This document shows, in pieces, positions 1 to 13,134 of a DNA stretch of 64,000 nucleotides. The notes under the pieces were generated by a model. That model was not told the origin of the DNA. It did no database searches and was given only the letters and a program-made list of their open reading frames with translations. Source of the stretch: Octopus sinensis (lineage: Eukaryota); the NCBI RefSeq assembly GCF_006345805.1, contig NC_042998.1:163308001-163372000 (forward strand), written 5' to 3'. The position numbers were made by a program, and so were the translations under genes. The number at the start of each line of letters is the position of its first letter. Within the stretch, counting starts at the first letter, position 1.

Positions 1-250
1 TGATTTCCAATGCCACAATGTGTCCTTGAGCAAAACACTTTATCCCACATTGCTCCAGTCCACTCATCTGGTAAAAATGAGTAGTAGTTGTAATTCAAAG
101 AACCAGCCTTGTCACATCCTGTGTCATGCTGAATCTCCTTGAGAACTATATTAAGAGTACACATGTCCATGAAGTGTACATTAATTTCACGAGCTGGTTG
201 TTCCATTCATTGGATCAAGTGGAACCCTTGTTCTAATCGACAGAGTGCCG
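1..250 (+). mobile_element. tRNA-derived SINE, cut by the window edge (central domain TGTCCTTGAGCAA..CACTTTAT..TTGCTCCAGTCCACTCA)
   Basis: Colinear with the copy at 4590-4875 and shares its central domain with 4070-4329, 20991-21303 and 49394-49722. Confidence 0.75.
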
Positions 251-505
251 TGTATATAATGCAGGTAGTTAGGGTAAATCCCAGCTGTTTCCTCTTGAAG
301 TACATCTGCTTATTCCATTATTACTTATTCCATTGTTATTTAATTTCTCAGTCTGAAAAATTTCTAATAGGGAATTCCTTACATGTCTAACGTGTAAAAT
401 TTTCTAATTCCTATTAGAATATAAAACATGTGTAATGGTGAATAAATAATACACAAAAATTTCCATTTATATATTTACGTGTGTGTATGTGTATATATAT
501 GTATA

Positions 506-538
<33 letters not shown>

Positions 539-1784
539 GCATATATATGTGTGCGTGTTTGTGTATGTATGTATATATATATATATATATATCATTGAGT
601 TAGAAAACAGAGAGATCTAATACATACAAACTAATTTATTAATTAATGAACATATTCACCTGCAATTGTTTCATTCTACAAACAAAATTAAAATTACAAA
701 ACATATATATATTTATATATATATATATTTATATATACATTTTTATGTAAATAAGGATAAGATTGTTATTTAAATACCGATCTTTTCAGCACTGCCTCAT
801 ATATAATTGTTAATTAAATCAAAGCTGAATCTACATGTTCCACTACTCCAGTGGCATAGCTAGAATGTGTGCTGTCTGGAGCAGCCCCTGAGTTGGCCAC
901 CCCTTGGTCCACTACAATCTAACATAGGTTTTAACACCAGCCCCAAAAGTGTCACTTCCATAAAAGTATTGTCTAAAGAGAGAATGGCCTCCTCTTGCCC
1001 CTCAGATACATTACAGCACTATTCAGATGTTTCTTCATTTCTAGTCTTCTAGTAATTGGTCCTTTTTCTTTTAGCCTATTCCATATACCTCACAGATGAC
1101 CCACATCTAGAGGCACAGGAAAATAACTTGGCAAGAAAAATACAAGTTATACACATATGGGGGAAGTAGTAAAAAACAATATTAAAATGATCAAATTTTT
1201 GTAAAGAGTTGCATTAAATTCAGTCAAGTTGTGTTGAAGTTAAGGTAATATTATTGTAGGATTATTGTTTTAACCTTGTGACCTTAAATATGCTGATAAA
1301 TTTTGCTGAATGGAATCCTCTGGATGATGGTAAAACAGCACATGCTGGCTTTTTTTCATTTTCTTTCTTTGTGTGTGTGTATGTGTGTGTGTGTGTGTAT
1401 GTGTGTGTGTGTGTGTGTGTGTGTATGTTGTGTGTGTGTGTGTGTGTATGTGTGTGTGTGTGTTAAGTAATATTATGAATGTAATATTTGTTAAGGATTC
1501 TGCTGATGAGAAGGTGTGTAGTGTTTTTGTATTTCATGACTCATTGATTCGTGTGTGTGTAAGTGTGTAATAATACTTATACAATACAGTACTATAAATC
1601 CATTTCAGCCAATTTTACCAATTGATTTTGTATATGAGAGTTTGGAAAAAACCACAAACCCTGGCACTTACCAGAAGGGCTTGTAGAAAGAGTATAGTGA
1701 TAGCACTTTGCTACTGGAGGTCAGAAATTGTCATATCTAGTTGGTGAGTGTTGCAAAAAACCCTGGAATGAAAACAATAAACAT

Positions 1785-2030
1785 AGGTGCATGTGTGGTT
1801 GTGTGGTAAGAAACTTGCTTTCTAATCACATGGTTCTGGGTTCAGTCCCACTGCATGACACCTTGGGCTAGTGACTTCTTCTGTAGCTGCAGTCTTGTGA
1901 GTGGATCTGATAGACAGAAACTGAAAGAAACCCATCATATATATATGTGAGTATATTTATGTGCGTGTTTTTGTTTGTTCCTCCACCATCACTTGACAAG
2001 AGATGTTGGCGTGTTTATGACCCCATAACT
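1785..2030 (+). mobile_element. Major octopus-type tRNA SINE, 3'-truncated
   Basis: Head GTGTGGTAAG..GGGTTCAGTCCCACTGC..CCTTGGGC..GAAACTGAAAGAA, as in the intact copy at 53234-53660. Confidence 0.85.
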
Positions 2031-2055
2031 TAACAGGTACATCAAGATTGGTGTA

Positions 2056-2129
2056 CCTGTTGATGAAGACTTCGCCTAGCAAACTATTTTATTTTATTTG
2101 CTAAAATAAGTCAGAAACCATGTTCCAGG
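2056..2129 (+). ncRNA. Hammerhead ribozyme-like motif, degenerate, long stem II
   Basis: cctg-TTGATGA-a-gactt..(tagcaaa/tttgcta)..aagtc-a-GAAA-ccatgt-TC-cagg. Stems I and II can pair. Confidence 0.5.
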
Positions 2130-2384
2130 AAATAGATGGTAAATGTTTTTATTTTTTATTCCCTTCGAGAATTTATCCCTAATTAGTGGTTTGGACTTTG
2201 GCTGTTCCTTCTAGCATAAGGGATTCTTATGATGGAAACCTCTTAATGTGTTTAAATGTACACTGTATTTTTTATGAATAATATATAGTCTATTGACTAA
2301 TTTTTCTATATGGTAGGCCACTGGTAGTAAAAATTTCTAAAATCTTTATTACCCTGATATTATTAAATATATATATATATATAT

Positions 2385-2549
2385 CCTTGCTGTACTCTTT
2401 CGCCACAACTTTCTCTCACTCTTTCTTCTGTTGGCCTGCTCACTTAGCCAGTGGGGTGGTGTCATTGAAGGCTAAAACAATGCGAAACGCATTGTGACCA
2501 GCGATGTGTAGCAACATCTGATGGCTTGGTCGGTCACGTGATCACATGA
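2385..2549 (+). mobile_element. 3' part of a tRNA SINE (same family as 20681-20970)
   Basis: Matches 20817-20970 (..GCGATGTGTAGCAACATCTGAT..GGTCGGTCAC). Confidence 0.75.
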
Positions 2550-2567
2550 TATATACAAATATATACA

Positions 2568-2598
<31 letters not shown>

Positions 2599-2610
2599 AT
2601 ATATTATATA

Positions 2611-3030
2611 TACAAGATAAGAAAATGGAGAAACACATCTAAATCAAATATTAATTACCAGATAATACTCAATCACATACTTTATTAAACCACCACATAA
2701 GAGACTGTGGCCGAAACAGCTGTAAGATGTAATCTATACTTATATTTATATTTACTTATATTTATATTCTCTTTTATATATATTCTACTTATTATACAAC
2801 ATTACTCTTTTATGTACACTTTTTTATGTACATTCCTTTATGCACACTGATTTGTTCTGCTTTTTATATTTAACCCTACAGTCTCTTATGTGGTGGTTTA
2901 ATAAAGTATGTGATTGAGCATTATCTGGTAATTGATATTTGATTTAGATGTATTTCTCCATTTTCTTATCTTGTATTAGTAATTTGTGGTAAATCATTTT
3001 ACCTTTGCCCATATAATACAGTAAATGAAT
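2611..3030 (+). mobile_element. PLE pseudo-LTR fold-back fragment
   Basis: 2611-2708 is the reverse complement of 2878-2975 (about 3 mismatches). The sense copy starts at an HHR 3' half (ccGAAAcagctgTA, ~2711). (TA)n lies on the left flank. Confidence 0.7.
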
Positions 3031-3385
3031 TGATTGCATCGCAATCATTAACATTTATGTATTAACTTTGTTGGGTACTTCACTAGCAGTACATTGGATA
3101 TATGTTATCCCATGGAGGGCTGCATTTACAACCCCTATCTCAATTTGTATATATATATTAGAAGGTTTGGAGATGATGTACAGGTATTTTATATTAGAAG
3201 AAATGAGGTACTCAGAAATTTGGATGATTTTATATTTACAGATATTTATTTGTATATTACATGTTTTTATACATCATATAACTTATATCATATATCATGT
3301 ATTAGCGCTTTTGTCCATTCTGGTGGAGCTTTCAAATTGAACTAAGTTCTTGTGGAAAAAGTTTGACCATTTTATAGTGTTATTG

Positions 3386-3444
<59 letters not shown>

Positions 3445-4069
3445 ATATTAAAAAGTCAATTTTGAATTCAGGCTAAATAAACTTTGAATAACATGCTGTT
3501 AATGTTCAAGACGTTAGGCATGTGTAGATACTAAAATCAAGTAGCAAACCATTGGGATTTATATGTCTAAGTAAATTCTTACATAACTGGGCTTTAGTTT
3601 ATCAGATTATTTAGCGGTTTTGGCTGGTTTTTGCTTTTAGTTATCTCTTGGTCTTCTGTAACTCTACTAATTTTGACATTAGCAAATTGGTTATGTATGT
3701 ACTGAAATGTAGATTAAACATTTGTTTCTGTTTCAATTTTTACAATTATGAAATCACAGATGTAAAATCCTCTAACCTCTTAATTCTGTTTTCATTGAAT
3801 GATGGTTGATAACATCTTTCAATCAAAATATCATCTAGTTCTTTTTGGCTTTTCCTTCATATGCTTTCATTTGGAAAAATGTCACATACTCTTTTAGCTA
3901 GATTGAATGGAATATTGATTCTGATGGCATGAAGTAAAAAGTAAATATTGCCCTGAGTCAATTGGTTAAGATAATACATCTGTCTAAATCTTACTCATTT
4001 TTCTGTAACCAATATATCACTATCTAAGAAAAGTAATCTTTCCTTGCTGTACTCTATACTAAACTAGAT

Positions 4070-4329
4070 AGTAAAAAATAAACGCGCCCTTTTAAAGCCT
4101 AACCAGGCTCATGGGCCCAGTTTCCCAGTTTCTATGGCATATGTGTTCCCCAGCTTGGAGGGGACGCCAGTCCATCACAGTGTTACTCATTTTTGCCAGC
4201 TGAGTGGACTGGAGCAACATGAAATAAAGTGTTTTGCTCAAGAGCACAATGCATCACCTAGTCCAGGAATTGAAACCACAATCTTATGATCAAGGTGCTG
4301 ACACCCTAACCACTAAGCCACGCACATCT
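4070..4329 (-). mobile_element. Full-length tRNA SINE with 13-bp target-site duplication
   Basis: TACTAAACTAGAT at 4057-4069 and 4330-4342. Minus-strand head GTGGCTTAGTGGTTAGGGTG..GGTTTCAATTCC carries A/B-box-like motifs. Confidence 0.85.
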
Positions 4330-4589
4330 TACTAAACTAGATGCTATGCTTATATTATTTATAAGTGTCTTGAATTCAGGAAGCTTATCCAAAGTGTCTT
4401 CCCATAGGTCAAAATAGTCTAAATATCTATTTAATTTTCCTTCAAGTAATTATAAAAATGTATTCCATGTTATTGCCTAAATTGTTCATGTTTTTTAATC
4501 TCAAGTTATTCTGATACATGTATTTGTTCTATCATTTTTTTCTATTGGTGTATTGTTTGATCAAAATTTTTAAATGTTTTGTAAAATAC

Positions 4590-4875
4590 ATGAATCGTAA
4601 GGTCATGAGTTCTATTCCTGGGGCACATTTTGTCCTTGAGCAAGACATTTTATTTCACATAGCTTCAATCCACTCAGCTGACAAAATTGAGTAGTATCTG
4701 TGTTTGAATGGGCCTGGCTTGTCAGATTCTGTGTCATACTGAATCTCCCTGAAAACTACATTAAGGGCACACATCTATAGAGTTCTCAGTCACTTGCACA
4801 TTAATTTCATGAGCAGGCTGTTCTGTTGATGAGCTCAACTTGAACGATTATCATCATAATTGGTGGAGTACCAGT
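4590..4875 (+). mobile_element. tRNA SINE (family of 1-250) nested in the PLE
   Basis: Colinear with 1-250, with B-box-like GAGTTCTATTCC. Confidence 0.7.
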
Positions 4876-5936
4876 TACAGTCGTTAATCCTTTTTCACAA
4901 CTGTTATTTTCAAGCATATATAAGGCAACATTTTCCATAGCAATCTATATCCATTATAATTATAATATTTCCTTTTACTATCAGCTTTAGATTGATTTTC
5001 ATTGTATTTATACTGACCGAGTCTTTTGCATGGAAATTAGAATGTTTATGTTTTAGTAGAAATTTGTATAGCAACTTATTTATATAATCACAGAAATGAT
5101 CGGATTTTCTTTTTCTACATTTTGGTAGATAATATTTCTTTTTGTTTCTAACTATAGATCCATTGTCATTGTCTTTAACAAGCATTTCCTCTGTAAACTC
5201 AACTTTCAACAATGATTTGGAAAATCATCTTTAATTTCACTAAAATTTGAATTTCATAAAATTGGAATAAATTCAGGTTCCATTGCAAGTATGTTCATTT
5301 GTTATATTATTAATGTAGCTTTTTTTAATGAATTTATAATTTTTGTTTTCATATACTTTGATTATCCCATGTGGTGTCTGTGTTTCCTTTTGATTTCATC
5401 TAAAAGTATGGTTTTGAAAGTTTTGGCTAGTTGCATTTATTCTAATTCTAAATCTGCTGATCACCAGAATTATATTTAGTTCCATAATTATTTTTCAAAA
5501 TGTTTCGCCTGTACTTATTTCCAATATTCTTTCTCCCACATTATTTTCAATCGTGTTTCGGAAAGTCCAATTAGATCTCATTTTAGATATATTTCTTCAG
5601 GATAACAGTCAGTGTATACTCTCTGAGTTACTTATATACCTATACCTAGGTTAGTTTCATTCTGAATTTTTTAAATTGGACTTTGCAGTTGATTGATGAC
5701 TTGTAGCTTCTGGCTAGCTTCATGCACTTGCTTGATGGGGCTGGGGTCATTACAAGTTAGTGGTCCCATCATGCATAGAGCCAACCAGGTCCACCAGTGC
5801 TCTCCATTGCTGGTAGTCTCATGCCAGCCCCTATGACTTCTGAATATAACATTATTCTTTTGTTAGGTAGTGGGGTTCAAGGAATAGTCTTTACAAAATT
5901 CCTCTTCTCCATATATATATATATATATATATATAA

Positions 5937-6200
5937 AGTGTACATTTATGCACATAAGAGGAATCCACTCATGGGATTCATCACGCTAGGAAAAACAGCT
6001 AGATTATAAAACCTAATCAAAGTTTTAGAACCTAGCTGTTCTTTCTAGCGTGATGAATCCCATAAGTGGACTCCTCTTATGTGTATAAATGTACACTGTA
6101 TTTTTTTTATGAGTAATACATAGTCTTTGGACAAAATTTTTACACGCCAGGCCACTGGAAGTGAAAATTTCTATTAATTTCCATTTCCCTTTGATATGAT
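5937..6200. mobile_element. Fold-back fragment (~65-bp arms) with pLTR-like tail
   Basis: 5938-6002 is the reverse complement of 6032-6096 (about 5 mismatches). 6030-6200 resembles 2200-2360. Flanked by (TA)n. Confidence 0.65.
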
Positions 6201-6224
6201 TATATATATATATATATATATGGT

Positions 6225-6727
6225 GCACTAACCATCCGAGTGTGATCGTTGCCAGAGCGGCTAACCAGCTTCCATGCCAGTGGCACATAAAAGGCACCAT
6301 TCGAGTGGGATCGTTAGCAGCATCGCTTTGCTGGCACTTGTGCCCATGCAAGTAGGGTGCTAAGAGCACCATCCGAGTGTGATCGTTGCCAGAGCAGCTA
6401 ACTGGCTTCTGTGCTGGTGGCACATAAAAGGCACCATTCAAGCATGATTGTTACTAGTGTCATCTTACTGGCACCTGTGCTGGTGGCATGTGTAAAAAGA
6501 TTCGAGCATGGTCATTGCCAGTACTGCCTGACTAGCCCCTGTGCCAGTGGCACATAAAAAGCACCCACTACACTCTCAGAGTGGTTGGCGTTAGGAAGGG
6601 CATCCAGCTGTAGAAACTCTGCCAGATCAAGATTGGAGCCTGGTGCAGCCATCTGGCTCACCAGCCCTCAGTCAAATCGTCCAACCCATGCTAGCATGGA
6701 AAGCAGACGTTAAACGATGATGATGAG
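6225..6727 (+). mobile_element. RTE-LINE 3' UTR fragment ending in (GAT)n
   Basis: GGTGGCACATAAAA repeats, then GTGGTTGGCGTTAGGAAGGGCATCCAGCTGTAGAAAC..CCAACCCATGCTAGCATGGAAAG..GATGATG. The same tail follows the RTE ORF at 61.4-61.8 kb. Confidence 0.8.
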
Positions 6728-6792
6728 GATATATATATATATATCTATCTTTTTCCTCTGTCTTCCCTTCTCTGGATCTTTCCTTCTCCTAT

Positions 6793-6827
6793 GTTTCTGA
6801 TGAAGAGCTCCGCTCAAAACGTTAAAC
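6793..6827 (+). ncRNA. Minimal HHR-like motif (G12 mutated) in a pLTR fragment (~6750-6930)
   Basis: gttt-CTGATGA-a-gagc-tcc-gctc-aAAA-cg-TT-aaac. Confidence 0.6.
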
Positions 6828-6925
6828 CCTCCTCTTTCCTTCTTTCCTGAGCGTCCAATAATACTATATTTGTTCCACGTCCTCGCATTGTGTTTTTTGT
6901 GCTTTCTTGTTTGGATAAACTTTAT

Positions 6926-6985
<60 letters not shown>

Positions 6986-7461
6986 GTACATATATATATA
7001 TATGTGTACATGCTTACATTTATATATGTATGTATGAATGCTATATGAGCAGCTATGACAATTAATTTTAATGATAACTCTGCCTTCGATGCGATGAAAT
7101 CTTTTGGTTCTTATATTGCCATATAAGTACTCACACAGTCATAGATGGCTAATACATGCATACACACATATATAAAATTACATTGATACATTCAATATTT
7201 ATTACCTTACAATATGACCTTCAGTCACAAGTTTGTTGACAATAATTATCCCCGTCTTTGTCATCACCTCCATTCTCATTATCATCATCTTTGTTGTCAT
7301 CATAAATACCATTATTATTGACATTGTCACTGATATCTTCATCATCATCTTCTCCGTTTTTAGTTCATAGGTGAAACAAGTCAGAATTAATAATCTCACC
7401 TTATATTAGGTTAAGAATTAGACACACCTGCTAGAGATAACACTTTAAAACAAGTTAGAGT

Positions 7462-7800
7462 TTCTTCTTCTTCTTCTTCTTCTTCTTCTTCTTCTTCTTC
7501 TTCTTCTTCTTCTTCTTCTCTTTCTTTTTTCTTTCTTCTTCTTTTCCTTCTCCTCTTGCTTCTTCTTTTCTTTCTTTTTCTATTTCTTCGTCTCCTCTTT
7601 CTTCTTCTTCTTCTTCTTATTATTATTATTATTATTCTCCTCCTCCTTCCCTTCCTTCTTTTCTTCTTCTTCACCTCTTTCTTCTTTTTCTTCTTCTTCT
7701 CCCCTTCTTCCCCCCCTTCCTCTTCCTCCTCCCCTTCCTTCTTTTTTTCTTCTTCTCTTTCTTTTTCTTCTTCTTCTCTCCTTCCTCCTCCTCCCCTGTC
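7462..7800. repeat. (TTC)n / pyrimidine-rich low-complexity tract
   Basis: Read directly from the sequence. Confidence 0.95.
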
Positions 7801-7919
7801 ATTCACATGATACAGGTAGTAATACATTAAGTTTTCCCCATTGTATAGGAGTTTTGTGAAAGGCAAGAATTCCTTCAAACTTTGCTTTTGTTACATATAT
7901 ATAAATTCCAAAGAATCTC

Positions 7920-8338
7920 AAGACTGTGTGGTTAGAAGTTTGCTTCGTAACTACATGGTTTCAGATTCAGTCCCACTGCATAGCACCTTGAGCAAGTGTC
8001 TTCTTTTATAGCCTTGGGCCAACCAAATCCTTGTAAGTGAATGTGATAGACAGAAACTGAAAGAAGCCTGTCTTGTGTGTGTGTGTGTGTGTGTGCAAGT
8101 GCATGTGTGTGTGTGTGTGTGTGTGCATGTGTCTTTGTATCGGTGTTTGCCCCTCACCACACTGCTTGGCAACCAGTGTTGGTGTGATTATGTCCCCATA
8201 ACTTAGCAGTTCAGCAAAAGAGACTGGCAGAATAAGTATCAGCTTATAAGGAAATAAGTATTAGGGTCCATTCATTCAACTAAAAATATTCTTCAAAGCA
8301 GTGCCCCAGCACTGAAACAAATAAAAGATAAAAGATAA
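7920..8338 (+). mobile_element. Major octopus-type tRNA SINE, near full length, with internal (GT)n
   Basis: Colinear with 53234-53660, including the GAAACAA..AAAGATAAAAGA tail. Confidence 0.85.
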
Positions 8339-8459
8339 ACACAATTAACATCTTTTTATTTAAAAAAAATGGGTAAGAATACATTGGACTATGAAGTCCC
8401 AGATAAAGAAATAGGCGGACTGGTCACCACTAAAATGTCTTTGATCAACTAAACAACAC

Positions 8460-8641
8460 TAAATACTACTACTACTACTACCACCACCACCAACGCCACC
8501 ACAACCACCACCACTACCACTACTACCACCACCATCACCACAACCACAATCACAACCACCACCACTGCCACTACCACCACCACCACCACCACCACCACTA
8601 CCACCACTGCCTCCACCGCCACCACCGCCGCCACCGCCACC

Positions 8642-8673
<32 letters not shown>

Positions 8674-8726
8674 AACAACTACTGCTGCTGCTGCTACTAC
8701 TACTACTACTACTACTGCTGCTGCTG

Positions 8727-8780
<54 letters not shown>
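8460..8780. repeat. (ACC)n/(ACT)n/(GCT)n compound microsatellite
   Basis: Read directly from the sequence. Confidence 0.95.
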
Positions 8781-9467
8781 GTACTGCTAATGTAGATTGT
8801 CTTTCTTGATCACCCTTTGTATGTCATCTTGTGCCATTCTCTGTCCACCATGTGCCACCCAATGGTTATTGTCAATCATCTCTCAAATCTTGGAACATTC
8901 CATCTCTGCAAGTGTTTCATTTCACACAGATCTCCACTTCCATACACAGGTTTCATTCATCAAAGTCCACCAACCAATCAGCACGCCAGTCTATTTCTCC
9001 TCTCTGCCACTTTCTTCTCTCACTCTCTACTTTACCCTCTCTTCTCTCCCTCTCTATTTCCATCCACTTTCTTCCTTTCAGATTAACCCTTGTCTTGTCT
9101 TCTCTTACTATAAAGCCACAGTCTCTTTTAATCTCACTCTCTATTTGGCTTTCTTCCTGTTCACCTTCTCTTTTTTTAACTTGCTCCCTTCCTGTTTCTC
9201 TTTCTCTCATTTCCTATCTCCCTTTTTCTATATTTCTCTTCACACAATCTCTTTCCCAAGCTTTTCACCTCTTCCTTTCCTCTTCTCTTCTTTCCCATAT
9301 TCTCTTCATTATTTGTGTTAACCTTTCTTTCACTTTCTGTCTGTCAGTTTCTCTCTCTCTCTCTCTCTGCCTCCCTCCCTCACTCTTTCTTTCTCTCTCT
9401 CTCAATCTGTCTCCATCATTTTAAATCTTTCTTTCCTTCTCTATATTTGTATTATCTTCTCTGCTTC

Positions 9468-9750
<283 letters not shown>

Positions 9751-9804
9751 ATATTATATATATATATATATATATAATATATATATATATATATTATATA
9801 TATA

Positions 9805-11561
9805 GGTGGTGAAGCACGACCTTCGAACTTTAGGTCTCACTAAGGAAATGTCTAGAGACCGAGACCTATGGAAGTATGCTGTGCATGAGAAGACCCGGCA
9901 AGACTAGTCAGGCCATAACCCGTGGCCCCGACCGGGGACGTAGTCAGTCCTGTGCATACCTTCCTTCTTGTGACACTTATGAAGACCTGTTGAGGCAAGT
10001 GAAAATCAAATCAAATCAAAACAAATCAAAATAGATGAACATCAGTGGAATTGTATTCTTTGTGGTACCAGTGCCGGTGGCACACAAGAAAACCACCCAA
10101 ACGTGGCCGTAACCAGTACCAATCGACTGGCCTCCGTGCTGTGGGCACAACACACACCATCCGATCGTGGCCGTTCGCCAGCCTCATCTGGCACCTGTGC
10201 CGGTGGCACATAAAGACACCATCCGAAGACCCGGCGACGTAGTCAGTCCACCTGTGCATACCTTCCCTCTTATGACACTTGTGAAGACTGTTGAGGCAAG
10301 TGTGTGACACTTGTGAAGACCTGTCGAGGCAGAGGCAAGTGTGTGACACTTGTGGAGACTGTTGAGGCAAGTGTGTGACCTTGTGAAGACCTGTTGAGGC
10401 AAGTGAAAATCAAACCAAATCAAAATAGATGAATATCAATGGAATTGTATCTTTGTGGTTCCAGTACCGGGGCACACAAGAAAACCATCCGAACGTGGCC
10501 GTCGACTGGCCTCCGTGCTGTGGGCACAACAAACACCATCTGATCGTGGCCGTTCGCCAGCCTCACCTGGCACCTGTGTCGGTGGCACATAAAAACACCA
10601 CCACCATCCAAAGACCCGGCGACGTAGTCAGTCCACCTGTGCTTACCTTCCCTTATGACACTTGTGAAGACCTGTTGAGGCAGAGGCAAGTGTGTGACAC
10701 TTGTGAAGACCTGTTGAGGCAGAGGCAAGTGTGTGACACTTGTGGAGAGACCTGTTGAGGCAAGTGTGTGACACGCGTGACACTTGTGAAGACCTGTTGA
10801 GGCAAGTGAAAATCAAACCAAATCAAAATAGATGAACATCAATGGAATTTGTATCCTTGTGGTTCCAGTACCGGTGGCACACAAGAAAACCATCCGATCG
10901 TGGCCGTTCGCCAGCCACATCTGGCACCTGTGTCGGTGGCACATAAAGACACCATCCGAAGACCGGCGACGTAGACAGTCCACCTATGCATACCTTCCTC
11001 TTGTGACACTGTGTGAAGACCTGTTGAGGCAAGTGAAAATCAAATCAAATCAAATCAAATCAAATCAAAACAAATCAAAATAGATGAACATAAATGGAAT
11101 TTTATCTTTGTGGTACCAGTGCCGGTGGCACACAAGAAAATCATCCGAACGTGGCCGTAGCCAGTACCGCATAGACTGGCCTCCGTGCTTGGGGACGTAA
11201 CAAACACCATCCGATCGTGGCCGTCCGCCAGCCTCATCTGGCACCTGTGTCGGTGGCACATAAAAACACCATCCGAGCGTGGCCGTCTGCCAGCCTCGTC
11301 TGGCACCTGTGTCGGTGGCACATAAAAACACCATCCGAGCGTGGCCGTTCGCCAGCCCCGTCTGGCACCTGTGTCGGTGGCACATAAAATCACCCACTAC
11401 ACTCTCGGAGTGGTTGGCGTTAGGAAGGGCATCCAGCTGTAGAAACACTGCCAGATCTGACTGGCCTGGTGCAGCCTTCGGGCTCCCCAGACCCCAGTTG
11501 AACCGTCCAACCCATGCTAGCATGGAAAACGGACGCTAAATGATGATGATGATGATGATGA
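9805..11561 (+). mobile_element. 5'-truncated RTE LINE with tandemly expanded 3' UTR
   Basis: Begins with the ORF end VVKHDLRTLGLTKEMSRDRDLWKYAVHEKTRQD*, then four ~300-385-bp UTR units, then the (GAT)n tail. Confidence 0.85.
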
Positions 11562-12039
11562 TATAATATATGTATATATATAATACATATATATATATAT
11601 ATATATATATATTCGCCTCGTATTGCATATTATTTCTCCATACAGGGTTTTTTTTCAATGGCGGCCCATTTTCGCGGGGTTTCACTTATTCTTTTCTCTC
11701 TCCCTCTTTTACGTTGTCTGCCATCCCCCCTTCCATTGCTAAGAGCATTTTTAAGCCAGCCCGTCAGTTCAACCTTCGCATATTCCCGGTGCACCCGCCC
11801 TTGCCCACCCCCACCACCAATAACGGATATCTCTATATTTGCTCTATCTATACCGGATGTCGCTTCTCCCACCACCATTATAGGTGTCTACTCCTCGAAC
11901 CCCCCTCTTCACACGCTATTTCACCATGCATACCCCTCTCTTGATAATCCTACGTTCTACTTGCCTAGAACCTGTCATCATTTCTCTGAACCACCCCTCC
12001 CCACTGGTGCTCCCCTATATATTTCTGCACCCCCCCCCC

Positions 12040-12252
12040 CACATAAAAAGCACCATCTGAACGTGGCACGTAAAAAACACCCACTACACTCGCGGAGTGG
12101 TTGGCGTTAGGAGGGCATCCAGCTGTAGAAACACTGCCAGACTAGACTGGAGCCTGGGGCAGTCCCTAGCTCCCCAGACCCTCGAAACCGTCCAACCTGT
12201 GCTAGCGCGGAAACGGACGTTAAACGATGAGATGATGATATGATGAGATGAT

Positions 12253-12283
<31 letters not shown>

Positions 12284-12291
12284 GTATATAT

Positions 12292-12341
<50 letters not shown>

Positions 12342-12592
12342 TGTGTCGGTGGCACATAAAAACACCATCCGAGCGTGGCCGTTCGCCAGCCTCGTCTGCA
12401 CCTGTGTCGGTGGCACATAAAATCACCCACTACACTCTCGGAGTGGTTGGCGTTAGGAAGGGCATCCAGCTGTAGAAACACTGCCAGATCTGACTGGCCT
12501 GGTGCAGCCTTCGGGCTCCCCAGACCCCAGTTGAACCGTCCAACCATGCTAGCATGGAAAACGGACGCTATGATGATGATGATGATGATGAT
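12040..12592 (+). mobile_element. Two further RTE 3' tails (12040-12250, indel-rich; 12341-12592)
   Basis: 12341-12592 is near-identical to 11308-11561; 12040-12250 is a degraded copy. Confidence 0.8.
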
Positions 12593-13134
12593 ATAAATTA
12601 ATAATTGTTATCGCCATATTAATATGGCATTCTTATAGATATAATAATAATCGCTGCCGCTGGTCAGCTCCATGAGGCCACCGCCATCAAGTTAGCTATT
12701 GATACACGATCTGTATCCATTTATATTCCTATTATATATATATATATATATATATATTAATTCAAATTAATGTACCTCATCTTCAAAAGTGGCAAATTTT
12801 TGTCAATTATCACCTGGGATAATTTTAGTTACAAATCAAACTGGTAAGATGCATTAAGAAATCTAATTTTAGTGTTTATCCATAATGTTATTGCTTTTAC
12901 ACCTGTTAATTAAATTTACCTGCCCATAAAAGTCAAATTTACTCAGCATGATCAGCTAAAGTTACATAACTATAAACCAGTGGTATATAAAGCACCCCTG
13001 ACAAAATTTCAAATCTATGTAAAAAAATTTACAAAGTTACAAACAAATATTGTGGACACACCTCTTGAACGTGTATAATTCAAATTAACATGAACAAATA
13101 AGCATTACATTTGACAGATTAATATGAACATTGG

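Larger units (their letters stand above)
3560..5300 (-). pseudogene. Decayed Penelope-like retroelement ORF (N-terminus, RT, linker), interrupted by two SINEs
   Basis: Minus-strand translation gives MLKVEF..GSIVRNKK..KGNIIIIMD (PLE N-terminal region), RYLD..LWEDTLDKL, DSGQYLLFTSCH..INIPFNLAKRVC and KSKNQPKPL, paralleling the 62-64 kb PLE. Confidence 0.7.

Noticed and set aside
7220-7360. Acidic minus-strand frame (GEDDDEDISDNVNNNG..)
   Set aside because: Best explained as decayed (GAT)n, with no convincing acceptor in frame.
10060-11400. CRISPR-like recurrence of CGGTGGCACA(T/C)AA with intervening sequence
   Set aside because: The spacers are themselves repeated, the array is an RTE 3' UTR in eukaryotic DNA, and there are no cas genes.
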